Origin: Granulicella sp.
GTDB taxonomy: Bacteria; Acidobacteriota; Terriglobia; Terriglobales; Acidobacteriaceae
DNA length: 64,000 nucleotides
Assembly (NCBI GenBank): GCA_027339965.1
Contig: DAHWNL010000047.1
Location: 1-64,000 of the forward strand
Direction of reading: 5' to 3'
A program made the position numbers and the translations under genes. Of the stretch, positions 52,186 through 61,409 are shown one piece after another (the first letter of the stretch is position 1; the number at the start of each line of letters is the position of its first letter). The notes beneath the pieces were generated by a model, which was not told where the DNA came from, did not search any database, and saw nothing but the letters and a program-made list of their open reading frames with translations.

Positions 52186-53286
52186 GTGAGTCCTGCAACG
52201 ATGTCTATCGTCGAGATTCGAGAGAACGTGAAGAGCGGTGGCCGCGTGAGCGCGCAAGACGCGCTGTGGCTTTGGAAGAACGCCGGTGATGGGGAGTTGC
52301 GCGAGTTGGCGCAGATAGTGCGCGCCCGGTTTCATCAGCCCGGGGCGTGTACCTATATGTTGATGCGGATCATCAACTACACCAACGTCTGCGTGGCCCA
52401 GTGCGATTACTGCGCGTTTTATACTCTGCCAGGCGCTGCGAACGGGTACGTGCTGAGTCAAGAGCAGGTATTTGCCAAGATCGACGAGCTGATGGCCATG
52501 GGCGGGGATCTGGTGGGGTTCAATGGGGGATTCAACCCGCAGTTGGCGCTGGACTACTACTGCGACTTGTTTCATGCGGTTCGCGAGCGGTATGGGGACA
52601 GCATAGAGTTCTATGCGCTGACCGTGGCCGAGTTCATGTACCTGGCCGACCACGCCAAGTTGGAATATTCCGCCACGGCGAGGAGACTGAAGGAAGCCGG
52701 AGTTCGCTGGGTGACCGGGGGTGGTTCCGAGATTCTGACGGAGAACTTTCGGCAGAGGCATAGCAAGTTCAAGTACACGGTGGTTCAGTACTTTCAGGCG
52801 CAGCGGGCGATTGTGGAGGCGGGCTTGAATACCTCCGCGACCATGGTGATCGGCTTCGACGAGACCATCGAAGAGCGCATCGAGCATATGGAGCGGACGC
52901 GCCATTTTCAGGATGAGGTGGGAGGGTTGGGAAGCTTTCTGTGCTGGACGTTCAAGCCTTACTTCACGCCTCTGGGCGACCGGTTGGGTGGAATTGAGAT
53001 CAGCACCGGGGAGTATCTTCGGCATCTGGCTTTGAGCAGAATCTATCTGGACAACGTTCCGCGAATACGCACCTCCGTGCTGACGCAGAATGAACGCGCG
53101 TTGGAGGGGTTACTTTACGGAGCGGATGACTTTGATCTGCCCATGGAAGATGAGGTGACGCAAAAGGCGGGGGCAACGATCAGCCTGCAGTTTGACCGGA
53201 TTCTGGGCTTTGCCAGGGGCCTGGGATATCAGCCCGTGTATCGGAGTGTGGCGCGGAGGCGAGCCGCTCCATTGCCGGTGATGTAA
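52186..53286 (+). CDS. CofH/MqnC-family radical SAM protein
   Basis: IINYTNVCVAQCDYCAFY, GGSEIL, ATMVIG, FLCWTF, SRIYLDN. Confidence 0.85.
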   Translation: MSPATMSIVEIRENVKSGGRVSAQDALWLWKNAGDGELRELAQIVRARFHQPGACTYMLMRIINYTNVCVAQCDYCAFYTLPGAANGYVLSQEQVFAKIDELMAMGGDLVGFNGGFNPQLALDYYCDLFHAVRERYGDSIEFYALTVAEFMYLADHAKLEYSATARRLKEAGVRWVTGGGSEILTENFRQRHSKFKYTVVQYFQAQRAIVEAGLNTSATMVIGFDETIEERIEHMERTRHFQDEVGGLGSFLCWTFKPYFTPLGDRLGGIEISTGEYLRHLALSRIYLDNVPRIRTSVLTQNERALEGLLYGADDFDLPMEDEVTQKAGATISLQFDRILGFARGLGYQPVYRSVARRRAAPLPVM

Positions 53287-53703
53287 AGCCGTCTTGCGCT
53301 GGATGAGACCCCCGCAAGTGGTCGATGGTGCGCCAAACACCGGCGATGGAGAACCGTGTGAGGGCGGCGACGCCTCGAATGTCCATCTTGCCGGGCGCGG
53401 ATGCCGGGGAGCGTTTGCGTCGTGGTTTCAAGAAAAGAATCCTGCAGGCTCATGATGCCATCCGCATACTCGCGGTAGCCTGCGAAGGCGAGATGGAAAG
53501 AGCAGAAGCGCGGAAGGACTTCCGGCGCGGAGCAAACCGGGCTTGTCGAGGATCTTGAAGATGGGTGAGGCCGGATTTGATGAACCCCGTGGCGGGAATT
53601 ATGTCCGGGAAACGACTACGCAGGCCGCCTTCTCTCTGCCGACAGTGCTGGCGGCTTGGCTGCAGGGAGGCGGAAGCTTCGAGAACCGCAGGATGAGGAT
53701 GAT

Positions 53704-55284
53704 ATGGCGATCGTGGCGGGTGTTGATTTTGGAACGCTGAGTGTACGTGTGACGCTGCTGGATAGCGAGCGGGGAAGACTGGGCACCGCCTCATCTGGCT
53801 ATGTCCTGCAGCGCAGCCCGGAGGATCCCGATCTGGCGACCCAGAAGCATGAGGATCACATGCGTGCCATGGTGGCGGCCGTGCGGGAGGTGGTGCGGCA
53901 GAGCGGTGTGAAGGCGGGAGAGATTGCGGCGCTGGCCTTGGATACGACTGGATCCAGCGTGATTCCTGTTGATGCACACCTGCAACCTCTGGATGACTAC
54001 ATGCTGTGGTGTGATCACCGCGCACATCGTGAGGCCAGGGAGATCACCGAGCTGGCGCACGCCATTGGACTGGAGGCGATTGAGTGGTGTGGCGGAGTGT
54101 ACTCCCATGAGTGGGGATTTGCGAAGCTGCTGTACTGGCTGCGCTATCACCCCGAGAAGCGGGCTCTCTTGGGGACCGCTCTTGAGCACTGCGACATGGT
54201 GGCGGCGACGCTGGCCGGGGTGACCGATGCGAAGAAGGCACCGCGCAGTGTTTGCGCCATGGGGCATAAGTGGATGTGGAATCCGCGCTGGGGAGGGCTG
54301 CCGCCCCAGGAGTTTCTGTCCCGGCTGGATCCGTTGCTGGACGGAGTACGAGAGAAGCTCGACGGAGTGTACGGACGCTCGGACGCATTGGCGGGCAAGC
54401 TGAGCCAGAGATGGGCGGATGCCATGGGACTCAGGGCCGGGATTCCGATCCCAGTGGGAGCCTTTGATGCCCACTGGGATGCGATCGGCGCCGGATGTCG
54501 GGAAGGCGATGTCGTGAACGTGGTGGGAACATCAACCTGCATCATCGCGATGAGCAGCCAGACGCGACTGGTGCCCGGCGTCTGCGGTGTGGTGCCAGGG
54601 AGCGTGCATCCGGCCTATACCGGAATTGAGGCAGGGTTATCGGCGACGGGGGATATCTTTGAGGCCATTGCGCGGCGCGCAGGTACAAATGTGCAGACGC
54701 TGAGCGAGGGGCTGGATGCCTACCGGCCAGGGCAGACCGGACTGATGCGATTGAGCTGGGACAATGGAGACCGGACCGTGCTGGTGAATCCGGAGCTGGG
54801 TGGCATTACGCTGGGATGGAATCTATTGCATTGCGCCAAGGACGAGCTTTTTGCCGCGATTGAGGGAACCGCGTTCCATACCCGCATCATTCTGGAGCGG
54901 ATGGCGGAGTATGGCGTGCCGGTGCATCGAGTGATCCATGCGGGAGGGGTTCCGCAGAACAATGCGGTTTTGAACCAGGTATATGCGAACGTATTGGGCA
55001 AGACGGTGCTCGTGCCCGATGGCGTGCCGACGAGTTTGGGCTCAGGGATCTTCGCGTTGCTGGCTGCGGGGGCCTTTACCAGCATCGAGCAGGCGCAGGC
55101 AAAGATGTGTCTTCCCTTCCGATCGTTCCATCCTCAGCCTGAGGCGGTAAACCGGTATGAGCCGTTGTTTGCGCTTTACAAAAAGATGTACTGTGCCTTT
55201 GGCGCCCCGCAGAGCTCTCCGGTTGCGCTGGGAGATGTGTTGCCCGAGCTGCGCCGGAGCGCGGCCGAGGTTCGCGGCGCCTGA
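53704..55284 (+). CDS. araB: Ribulokinase (FGGY family)
   Basis: GVDFGTLSVR, DTTGSS, LWCDH, FDAH, VGTSTC, WDNGDR. Confidence 0.88.
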   Translation: MAIVAGVDFGTLSVRVTLLDSERGRLGTASSGYVLQRSPEDPDLATQKHEDHMRAMVAAVREVVRQSGVKAGEIAALALDTTGSSVIPVDAHLQPLDDYMLWCDHRAHREAREITELAHAIGLEAIEWCGGVYSHEWGFAKLLYWLRYHPEKRALLGTALEHCDMVAATLAGVTDAKKAPRSVCAMGHKWMWNPRWGGLPPQEFLSRLDPLLDGVREKLDGVYGRSDALAGKLSQRWADAMGLRAGIPIPVGAFDAHWDAIGAGCREGDVVNVVGTSTCIIAMSSQTRLVPGVCGVVPGSVHPAYTGIEAGLSATGDIFEAIARRAGTNVQTLSEGLDAYRPGQTGLMRLSWDNGDRTVLVNPELGGITLGWNLLHCAKDELFAAIEGTAFHTRIILERMAEYGVPVHRVIHAGGVPQNNAVLNQVYANVLGKTVLVPDGVPTSLGSGIFALLAAGAFTSIEQAQAKMCLPFRSFHPQPEAVNRYEPLFALYKKMYCAFGAPQSSPVALGDVLPELRRSAAEVRGA

Positions 55285-55394
55285 GGGAGCGTAGGGTTCC
55301 GTAGCCTCGCAGCCTTCGCAGGAGCGCCTTGCGAGGTAAGGCTGAGCGCTGGGAAGAGGGTTGGGATTCAGGTTGAAGAGTCAAGGAGCTACCG

Positions 55395-56099
55395 ATGCTT
55401 TTAAGGGCGTTGCGAGAAGAGGTATTGCGTGCGAATCTGGAACTGGCGCGCAGAGGGTTGGTGCTGTACACGTTTGGGAATGCTTCGGCAGTGGATCGCA
55501 GGCAGGGACTGGTGGTGATCAAGCCCTCGGGTGTGGAATATGACGTGCTGCGCGCTGAAGACATGGTGGTGACCGATCTGGAAGGAAAGATCGTGGAGGG
55601 CAGACTGAAGCCCTCCTCGGATCTGGATACCCACACGCTGCTGTATCGCGAGTTCATCGGTATTGGCGCAGTGGCGCATACGCACTCGGAGTATGCCACC
55701 AGCTTTGCGCAGGCAGGGATGTCGATTCCGGCGCTTGGAACGACGCACGCAGATTACTTTCACGGACCGGTTCCCGTGACTTTGCCGCTGAGCGATGAGG
55801 CGATCCATGGAAGGTATGTTCATGAGACGGGGATGGCGATTGTCGCGAGGTTCAAGGCGCAGCCAGCGAAGGTCGATCCAATGGCGGTTCCTGCCTGCCT
55901 GGTGGCGGGACATGCTCCGTTTGTCTGGGGCAAGGATGCTGCGGAGGCGGCGCACCACGCGGTGGTGTTGGAGGCCGTGGCCAGAATAGCCTATCGTACC
56001 CTAACCCTGAAGGCGGGCGCTGAAGAGGTTTCGCAGGCGCTGCTGGACAGACATTACCGGCGCAAGCATGGAGCCGCCGCCACTTATGGACAGGGCTAG
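55395..56099 (+). CDS. araD: L-ribulose-5-phosphate 4-epimerase
   Basis: FGNAS, IKPSGV, PSSD, HTHS, GTTHADYF, RKHG..YGQ. Confidence 0.95.
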   Translation: MLLRALREEVLRANLELARRGLVLYTFGNASAVDRRQGLVVIKPSGVEYDVLRAEDMVVTDLEGKIVEGRLKPSSDLDTHTLLYREFIGIGAVAHTHSEYATSFAQAGMSIPALGTTHADYFHGPVPVTLPLSDEAIHGRYVHETGMAIVARFKAQPAKVDPMAVPACLVAGHAPFVWGKDAAEAAHHAVVLEAVARIAYRTLTLKAGAEEVSQALLDRHYRRKHGAAATYGQG

Positions 56100-56190
56100 G
56101 AGTTATAGGGAAGAATGAGGGCGTTGCAATTGAACGAATTCGATGCCTTCCTGTGAACGGTGGATGGGTGCCTGGATGATGGGAGAAGCG

Positions 56191-57414
56191 ATGAAAAAGG
56201 GATGGACGGCGGCGCTGCTGGTGATGCTCTTGTGCCCTGCGGCCTGGGGGGCTCGGAGCGAGGGTTCCCAGAGCCAGGCGGCCTCTAAGAAAACAACCTC
56301 TGCCATGCGGCCCGGCGCTTCGGTGCGCCAAACTGTCTCTGTTCAAGAGAAGGCATGGGGGACGGCGGACGATGGCAAGCCCGTGAAGATCTTTACCATC
56401 AGCGATGGCATGTTGACGGTACGGATCACGACCTTCGGGGCAAGAATCGTCAGCATCGAGACGCCGGACCGCCAGGGCAAGATGGCCGATGTGGTGCTGG
56501 GATATGACACCCTCGAGCAGTATGAGAAGAGCACAAAGAGCTACTTCGGCGCCGTTGTAGGGCGGTATGGCAATCGAATCGCCAAAGGAACGTTCGCAAT
56601 CGATGGAAGAACCTACCACGTGCCAATCAACAACAACGGCAATGCGTTGCATGGAGGACCGAAGGGCTTTAGCACCAAGGTGTGGACGGGCAATGTACTT
56701 CCGGATGGCGTGGAGATGACGCTGGTGAGTCCGGATGGAGATATGGGATTTCCCGGCACGCTGACGGTGCATGTGCGTTATAGCCTGGAGGGTCACTCGC
56801 TGCGGATTCTCTATAGCGCGACAACGACGAAGCCCACGGTGGTGAACTTGACCAACCACAGTTACTTCAATCTGGCCGGAGATGGAAGAGGCAATATCCT
56901 GAATGAGGTATTGATGATTCCAGCCGACCGCTATACGCCGGTGGATGGGACACAGATTCCAACCGGAGAGCTGGCGACGGTGAAGGGGACGCCCTTCGAC
57001 TTCCGAAAGCCGACTGCGATTGGAGCGCGCATCGCAGAGGACAACGCCCAGTTGGAGGTTGGCGGTGGGTATGACCAGAACTTTGTGTTGGATGGCAAGC
57101 CCGGCAGCCTGCATCTGGCGGCCAAGGTCTATGATCCGCAGAGCGGGAGGACGTTGACGGTGATGACCACCCAGCCGGGAGTGCAGTTCTACTCCGGAAA
57201 CTTTTTGGATGGAACCGAGCATGGGAAGTACGGCGTGACCTATGAAAAGCACTCTGGCTTTTGCCTGGAGACGCAGCACTTTCCTGATTCGCCCAATGAA
57301 CCAAAGTTTCCTTCTACCCTGCTGCGACCGGGTCAGACGATGCGCTCTGAGACCGTATTTGTGTTGGGTGTGATGCATGCAAAGAGTTCGGGCGCGGGGG
57401 TGCCAAACTCCTAG
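56191..57414 (+). CDS. galM: Aldose 1-epimerase (mutarotase) with signal peptide
   Basis: GRYGNRI, LHGG, NLTNHSYFNL, GYDQNF, CLETQHFPDSPN. Confidence 0.92.
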   Translation: MKKGWTAALLVMLLCPAAWGARSEGSQSQAASKKTTSAMRPGASVRQTVSVQEKAWGTADDGKPVKIFTISDGMLTVRITTFGARIVSIETPDRQGKMADVVLGYDTLEQYEKSTKSYFGAVVGRYGNRIAKGTFAIDGRTYHVPINNNGNALHGGPKGFSTKVWTGNVLPDGVEMTLVSPDGDMGFPGTLTVHVRYSLEGHSLRILYSATTTKPTVVNLTNHSYFNLAGDGRGNILNEVLMIPADRYTPVDGTQIPTGELATVKGTPFDFRKPTAIGARIAEDNAQLEVGGGYDQNFVLDGKPGSLHLAAKVYDPQSGRTLTVMTTQPGVQFYSGNFLDGTEHGKYGVTYEKHSGFCLETQHFPDSPNEPKFPSTLLRPGQTMRSETVFVLGVMHAKSSGAGVPNS

Positions 57415-57795
57415 ACCTGCTGGTGGGTCGGCTCCTGGTCAAAATATGGACCAAGGCGGTTCTGGATCTCATGTCAGATTTGCTGCAAGATCCTGAGTTC
57501 GGCGGCTCCATCTCGAAGTTCGGCCTTAATACGAGCGAGGATTTCGTTTTCCACGCCGTTTCCAAACGGCTTGAACGCTCATGGCTCTGCTCATCCATGT
57601 TCAGGCCACGCGCCCTGCTTCCTCAACAAACGCCCCTTGCTGCGAGAAGGCGTGAGCGGTCTGGCTCGCCGGTATCCTGTACCCTCACTTTGCGAGCGCA
57701 CTGCAACCTGGTGGATCGATAATGACCACAGGGTGCCCGCGTTCCGCACTCTGGCAGCTCAATGACAGAAAGCATAGAAAAGGAAGAGAGCCAAC

Positions 57796-58842
57796 ATGGC
57801 AGCAAGGGTACTGCGCGGGGCGGTTGTCGGAGCATCGCAATTGATGGGCAAGGAGCTTGCCGAAGAGCTGAGCGCGGCATCGTCGGCATCCTGGGACGTT
57901 CTCCTGCTGGACGAACAAGTCTCTCAGGGGACGATGACTTCCCTGGGAGATGAGGCTGTCGTGATACAGCCCGTTTCCGCGGAGGCGTTTGCAGGTCTGG
58001 ATGCCGTCTTCTTTGCCGGCGAGGCTTCAACGGTGATGCAGTTCTGGAAGGCGGCTTACCTTTCGGGAGCGGCCGTCGTGGACCTAACCGGGGCTTTGGA
58101 GGGGCAGCCGCACGTTCTGGTGCGTTCGCCGCTGGTGGAACTCTCCGCAGGGAGTCTTGCAGAGCCGTCTACCGCGGGTTCCAAACCGGACGGAATGACC
58201 TTGGCCGAGATCTCGGCCCATCCGGTGTCCGTGCTGTTGGCTCTGGTCGAGGTCAGGCTGGGGCCTTTAGGGTTCTCCCGCATGGTGGCGACGGTGCTCC
58301 AGCCGGCCTCGGAGATGGGCAACGAGGGTGTGGATGAGATGCATCAGCAGACCGTGAGTCTGCTCTCCTTCAAGCCGTTGCGGCGGGAGATCTACGATGC
58401 GCAGATAGCCTTCAATCTGGTGGCTTCGCTGGGGGAGGGTGCCCGGACGGATCTTGCCCGAACCACGGAGAAAGTTCAGCGCCACATCGGATTGCTGGCT
58501 GGAGAAGAAGCGGTTCGGTCCACTCGGCTGCAGATGCTACAGGCTCCGGTCTTTCACGGCTACACGGCCTCAGTGTGGGTGGAGATGTCGCAGCGACTCT
58601 CCACCGAGACGATTCGCGGGGCGCTGGTGAAAGACGGCCAGATGGTGGAGGAGGACTCTGCCGGCAATCAGATGGCGGTGGGCCGCGGCGAGGTGCTCTT
58701 CCGTTTGGGCAGCGAGCAGGCGTCGGAGACCGACAGTTTCTGGCTATGGATCGCCGCCGACAATCTGCGTCTGGCTGCTCGCAACGCCGTCGCCTGCGCC
58801 CTGGAACTGATCGAGCAGAAGCCCCTCCGTGGACTTCGATAG
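57796..58842 (+). CDS. Aspartate-semialdehyde dehydrogenase-like (Usg-like) protein, probably catalytically inactive
   Basis: Asd-fold motifs (QIAFN, PVFHG, WIAADNLR..ARNAV) are present, but the catalytic Cys and His are absent. Confidence 0.8.
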   Translation: MAARVLRGAVVGASQLMGKELAEELSAASSASWDVLLLDEQVSQGTMTSLGDEAVVIQPVSAEAFAGLDAVFFAGEASTVMQFWKAAYLSGAAVVDLTGALEGQPHVLVRSPLVELSAGSLAEPSTAGSKPDGMTLAEISAHPVSVLLALVEVRLGPLGFSRMVATVLQPASEMGNEGVDEMHQQTVSLLSFKPLRREIYDAQIAFNLVASLGEGARTDLARTTEKVQRHIGLLAGEEAVRSTRLQMLQAPVFHGYTASVWVEMSQRLSTETIRGALVKDGQMVEEDSAGNQMAVGRGEVLFRLGSEQASETDSFWLWIAADNLRLAARNAVACALELIEQKPLRGLR

Positions 58843-59552
58843 GGGCAGGCGGCAGCGAGACTCCTCGACGGGTCCGGGCCTTGAATTCGCGCGGCGAAGG
58901 CTTGGTGCTTGGATCCTTGGTGCATGGATCGCTCCATCCTGGCGTTTCCGTCAGGGGGGCCGCCAGGATGGAGCGATGGGTCAACTCGCACCAGCAACGT
59001 CCGTGAAGCAGAGCAGGTTGACACGAAGCCCAAAGCGCCGCCCTTGAGGCTGTGTTCCGGGAGCTATTTCCTTTGAGTTATGCTTGCGCGCCCCTCGGCC
59101 ACCACTCTCTTAGATTCCGTATCCGCCGGGAAGGCGTTGCGGTACAGGCTAGAGTCCTGGGCCTTCGAAAAGATGGTGCGCTTTACCAGGTGGAGGGCGT
59201 GCTGTCGGCGCTTTGCATCCACAAGAGCCAACGGACAGCTCAGCAACTTGGTCAGTGGCCGGCCGCGATTTTGGCCTTTTTCGCCGCCCAGCTCGAACAA
59301 GCCAAGCCCGCAACGGCTTGGAACTGCGAGCAGCGCAGCTAGGGATGGACTAGGGATGGAACCCACCGCATCCGCACAAGGCCGGTTTCTACGTTGTCGG
59401 CCGGTGCTCTCGAAGCCCTCTTTCCGCCAAATTCTGAGCCATGCTCACCCCAATAGCTTCGCTTTCAGGCTCGCGATGTCCCGGTGTTGCAGCGTCATGC
59501 GAGCTGGTGGCTCACGCTTGCCTGGGGCCGGTTGGTGTAGTCTGTGCGCTGT

Positions 59553-60851
59553 ATGCGTTCGGATTTGAGGGTAGGGCGAGCGGTGAGGATTGAAGTGCTG
59601 CGGGCGGTGCTCATCGGTGTGGCCGGCTTCACGGGAGTGGCATGGGGAATTGGCTCTGCGGCACCGGCCCAAATCAAGATTACAGAGCCAGAGGCCGCTC
59701 TGCTGCCCGCCCGGTTTGGCGGCTGGGCGCGGACCTCCGGTCCGGCCGCGGTGTCGCCTTCTCCTTTGGCATCTCTGCGTCCAGAGGCGCTCTCCGAGTG
59801 CGGAGAACGGCGGTGGAAGGTGGCCGATTATGCGCGCGGAGGGAACACCGTGCAGGTGGAGGCCCTGGAGTTTGGAGATCGAACCGGGGCCTATAGCGCG
59901 TTTACGCTGCTGGAGCAGGTGCAACAGGCCGCGGCGGGCAGTTCACCGGGCGAAGAGCAAGGGGCCGGGTCGGGAGCGGGAGAGGCAGCGGTGGCTTCGG
60001 GGTGGTGGCTAACCGGGGTGACGGTGGGCAAGGGGTTGGAGGCCTACCAGACGGCGGGAGCCGGTGCGCAGGGAGGAGCGGTGGTGCTCTCCATGGTGGG
60101 CAAGACGGTGCTTCTGGCGAGGTTTCGCCAAGGGACGCCCGAAGCAGATGCGCAGGCTCTAACCCCTCTGCTGGAGGCGATGCCGAAGGTATTTGGCAGC
60201 GCGGCGGTTGCGCCCGTCCTGCCGACGCTGCCGCCGGCCAGGGGGCTGGTTGCGGGCAGCTTGCGCTATGCGTTGGGACCGGTGAGCTATGCGGCCGCAG
60301 GAGGTGTGCTTCCGCCTGGATTGCTGGATTGGACGATGGAGCCGGAGGTCGTGACAGCCAGATATGACGACGCGCGCGGCAAGGAGATACTAACCCTGAT
60401 CCTCTACCCAACGCCCACCATCGCGCGGAGGGCGGCCAAGGTGATTGCGTCCCGGATGCCAAGGCCAAAGACGAATACCCGGCTGCAGCAGCAGGGGATG
60501 CTGGTGGCTCTGGCGACCGGAAGCTTCTCCGGGGCAGAGGCTGAGCAGATGGTGAAGGGAGTTCACCTGAGTGAGTTGGCCTTCAACCAGGATGCCCATC
60601 CTCCTTTCAAGGTAGTGGCGGCGCAGGCGTTTACGCTGCTGGAGAATATCGCGATTCTCTCTGGAGTGCTGGGAGCGGCGGCGGTGCTGCTGGGGCTGTT
60701 CCTGGGGTTTGGGCGCGCGGGGTATAGGGTGCTGCGAGGCAAGCCGCCGGCGATGGAGGTGGAGTTTCTGAGCCTGCACCTGGCTCCGCAGAATAAGCCG
60801 GCGATCTTTACGGGGCCACAGAGCGCGGAGGACGAGAAGAAGGGGGCTTGA
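59553..60851 (+). CDS. Exported, membrane-anchored hypothetical protein (DUF6599-like)
   Basis: Signal-like N-terminus, FGDRTGAYSAFT, LILYPTP, and a C-terminal TM followed by RGKP..EFLSLHL. Confidence 0.7.
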   Translation: MRSDLRVGRAVRIEVLRAVLIGVAGFTGVAWGIGSAAPAQIKITEPEAALLPARFGGWARTSGPAAVSPSPLASLRPEALSECGERRWKVADYARGGNTVQVEALEFGDRTGAYSAFTLLEQVQQAAAGSSPGEEQGAGSGAGEAAVASGWWLTGVTVGKGLEAYQTAGAGAQGGAVVLSMVGKTVLLARFRQGTPEADAQALTPLLEAMPKVFGSAAVAPVLPTLPPARGLVAGSLRYALGPVSYAAAGGVLPPGLLDWTMEPEVVTARYDDARGKEILTLILYPTPTIARRAAKVIASRMPRPKTNTRLQQQGMLVALATGSFSGAEAEQMVKGVHLSELAFNQDAHPPFKVVAAQAFTLLENIAILSGVLGAAAVLLGLFLGFGRAGYRVLRGKPPAMEVEFLSLHLAPQNKPAIFTGPQSAEDEKKGA

Positions 60852-61294
60852 GACGGGACGCGAGGTTGAACTGCCAGGCCCGCTTCCGCTTGAGGTAGAA
60901 ACTTCGATGATCCGTCCTACCCAAATCTCAGGGCTTGAGCGTAGCCGTGAGCTGACGATCTTTTCCGCTTTGCGCCCCGGGCTCGTTTGGCTGGGTGTCC
61001 ATGGGAGCCGGCTTTGAGAACCCGGAAGGAGAATATAAGGCGAATATTGGCAAGACGGTCCGCTCTTCTGGGTCCGGAGACGGTGCGGGAGTATGAATGT
61101 CAGGCCGACGAACGGATCTCGCGGGTTGCGTTTCCGGGCCGGCAGACAGTAGCGGGTGAGTCGGCGGAGGGTTCATGGGTACGGGAAGGCGATGCGGAGA
61201 GGAGCCGAAGAAACCCAGAGAAAACCGCTGCGGATGGTAGAAAAGCATGTAAATCATTGATTTTGCGATAGATGAGAAAAGATGGAAAACTTTC

Positions 61295-61323
61295 TTGACA
61301 GGGCTGAGGGTCGAACATAGTCT
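61295..61323 (+). promoter_or_regulatory. Strong sigma-70 promoter
   Basis: TTGACA-N17-TAGTCT with an A-rich upstream region. Confidence 0.75.
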
Positions 61324-61329
61324 TGCACC

Positions 61330-61409
61330 AGAGAGTTCCGATGGCTTTGCCTCCGTTGGAGCTGCCTCCCATAGTAAAAAGGGTCGCCCTGTTGCCGGGC
61401 GGCCCTTTT
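61330..61409 (+). ncRNA. Candidate sRNA (sRNA-B, about 80 nt) with anti-SD motifs
   Basis: Promoter, 11-bp hairpin with CTTTGCCT loop, single-stranded GCCTCCCA, terminator at 61377-61409. Confidence 0.7.

Noticed and set aside
58843..59552. 700-bp gap with short ORFs and a TTGACA hexamer, possible ncRNA such as 6S
   Set aside because: No matching -10 at proper spacing, terminator or long rod-like pairing that I could verify.
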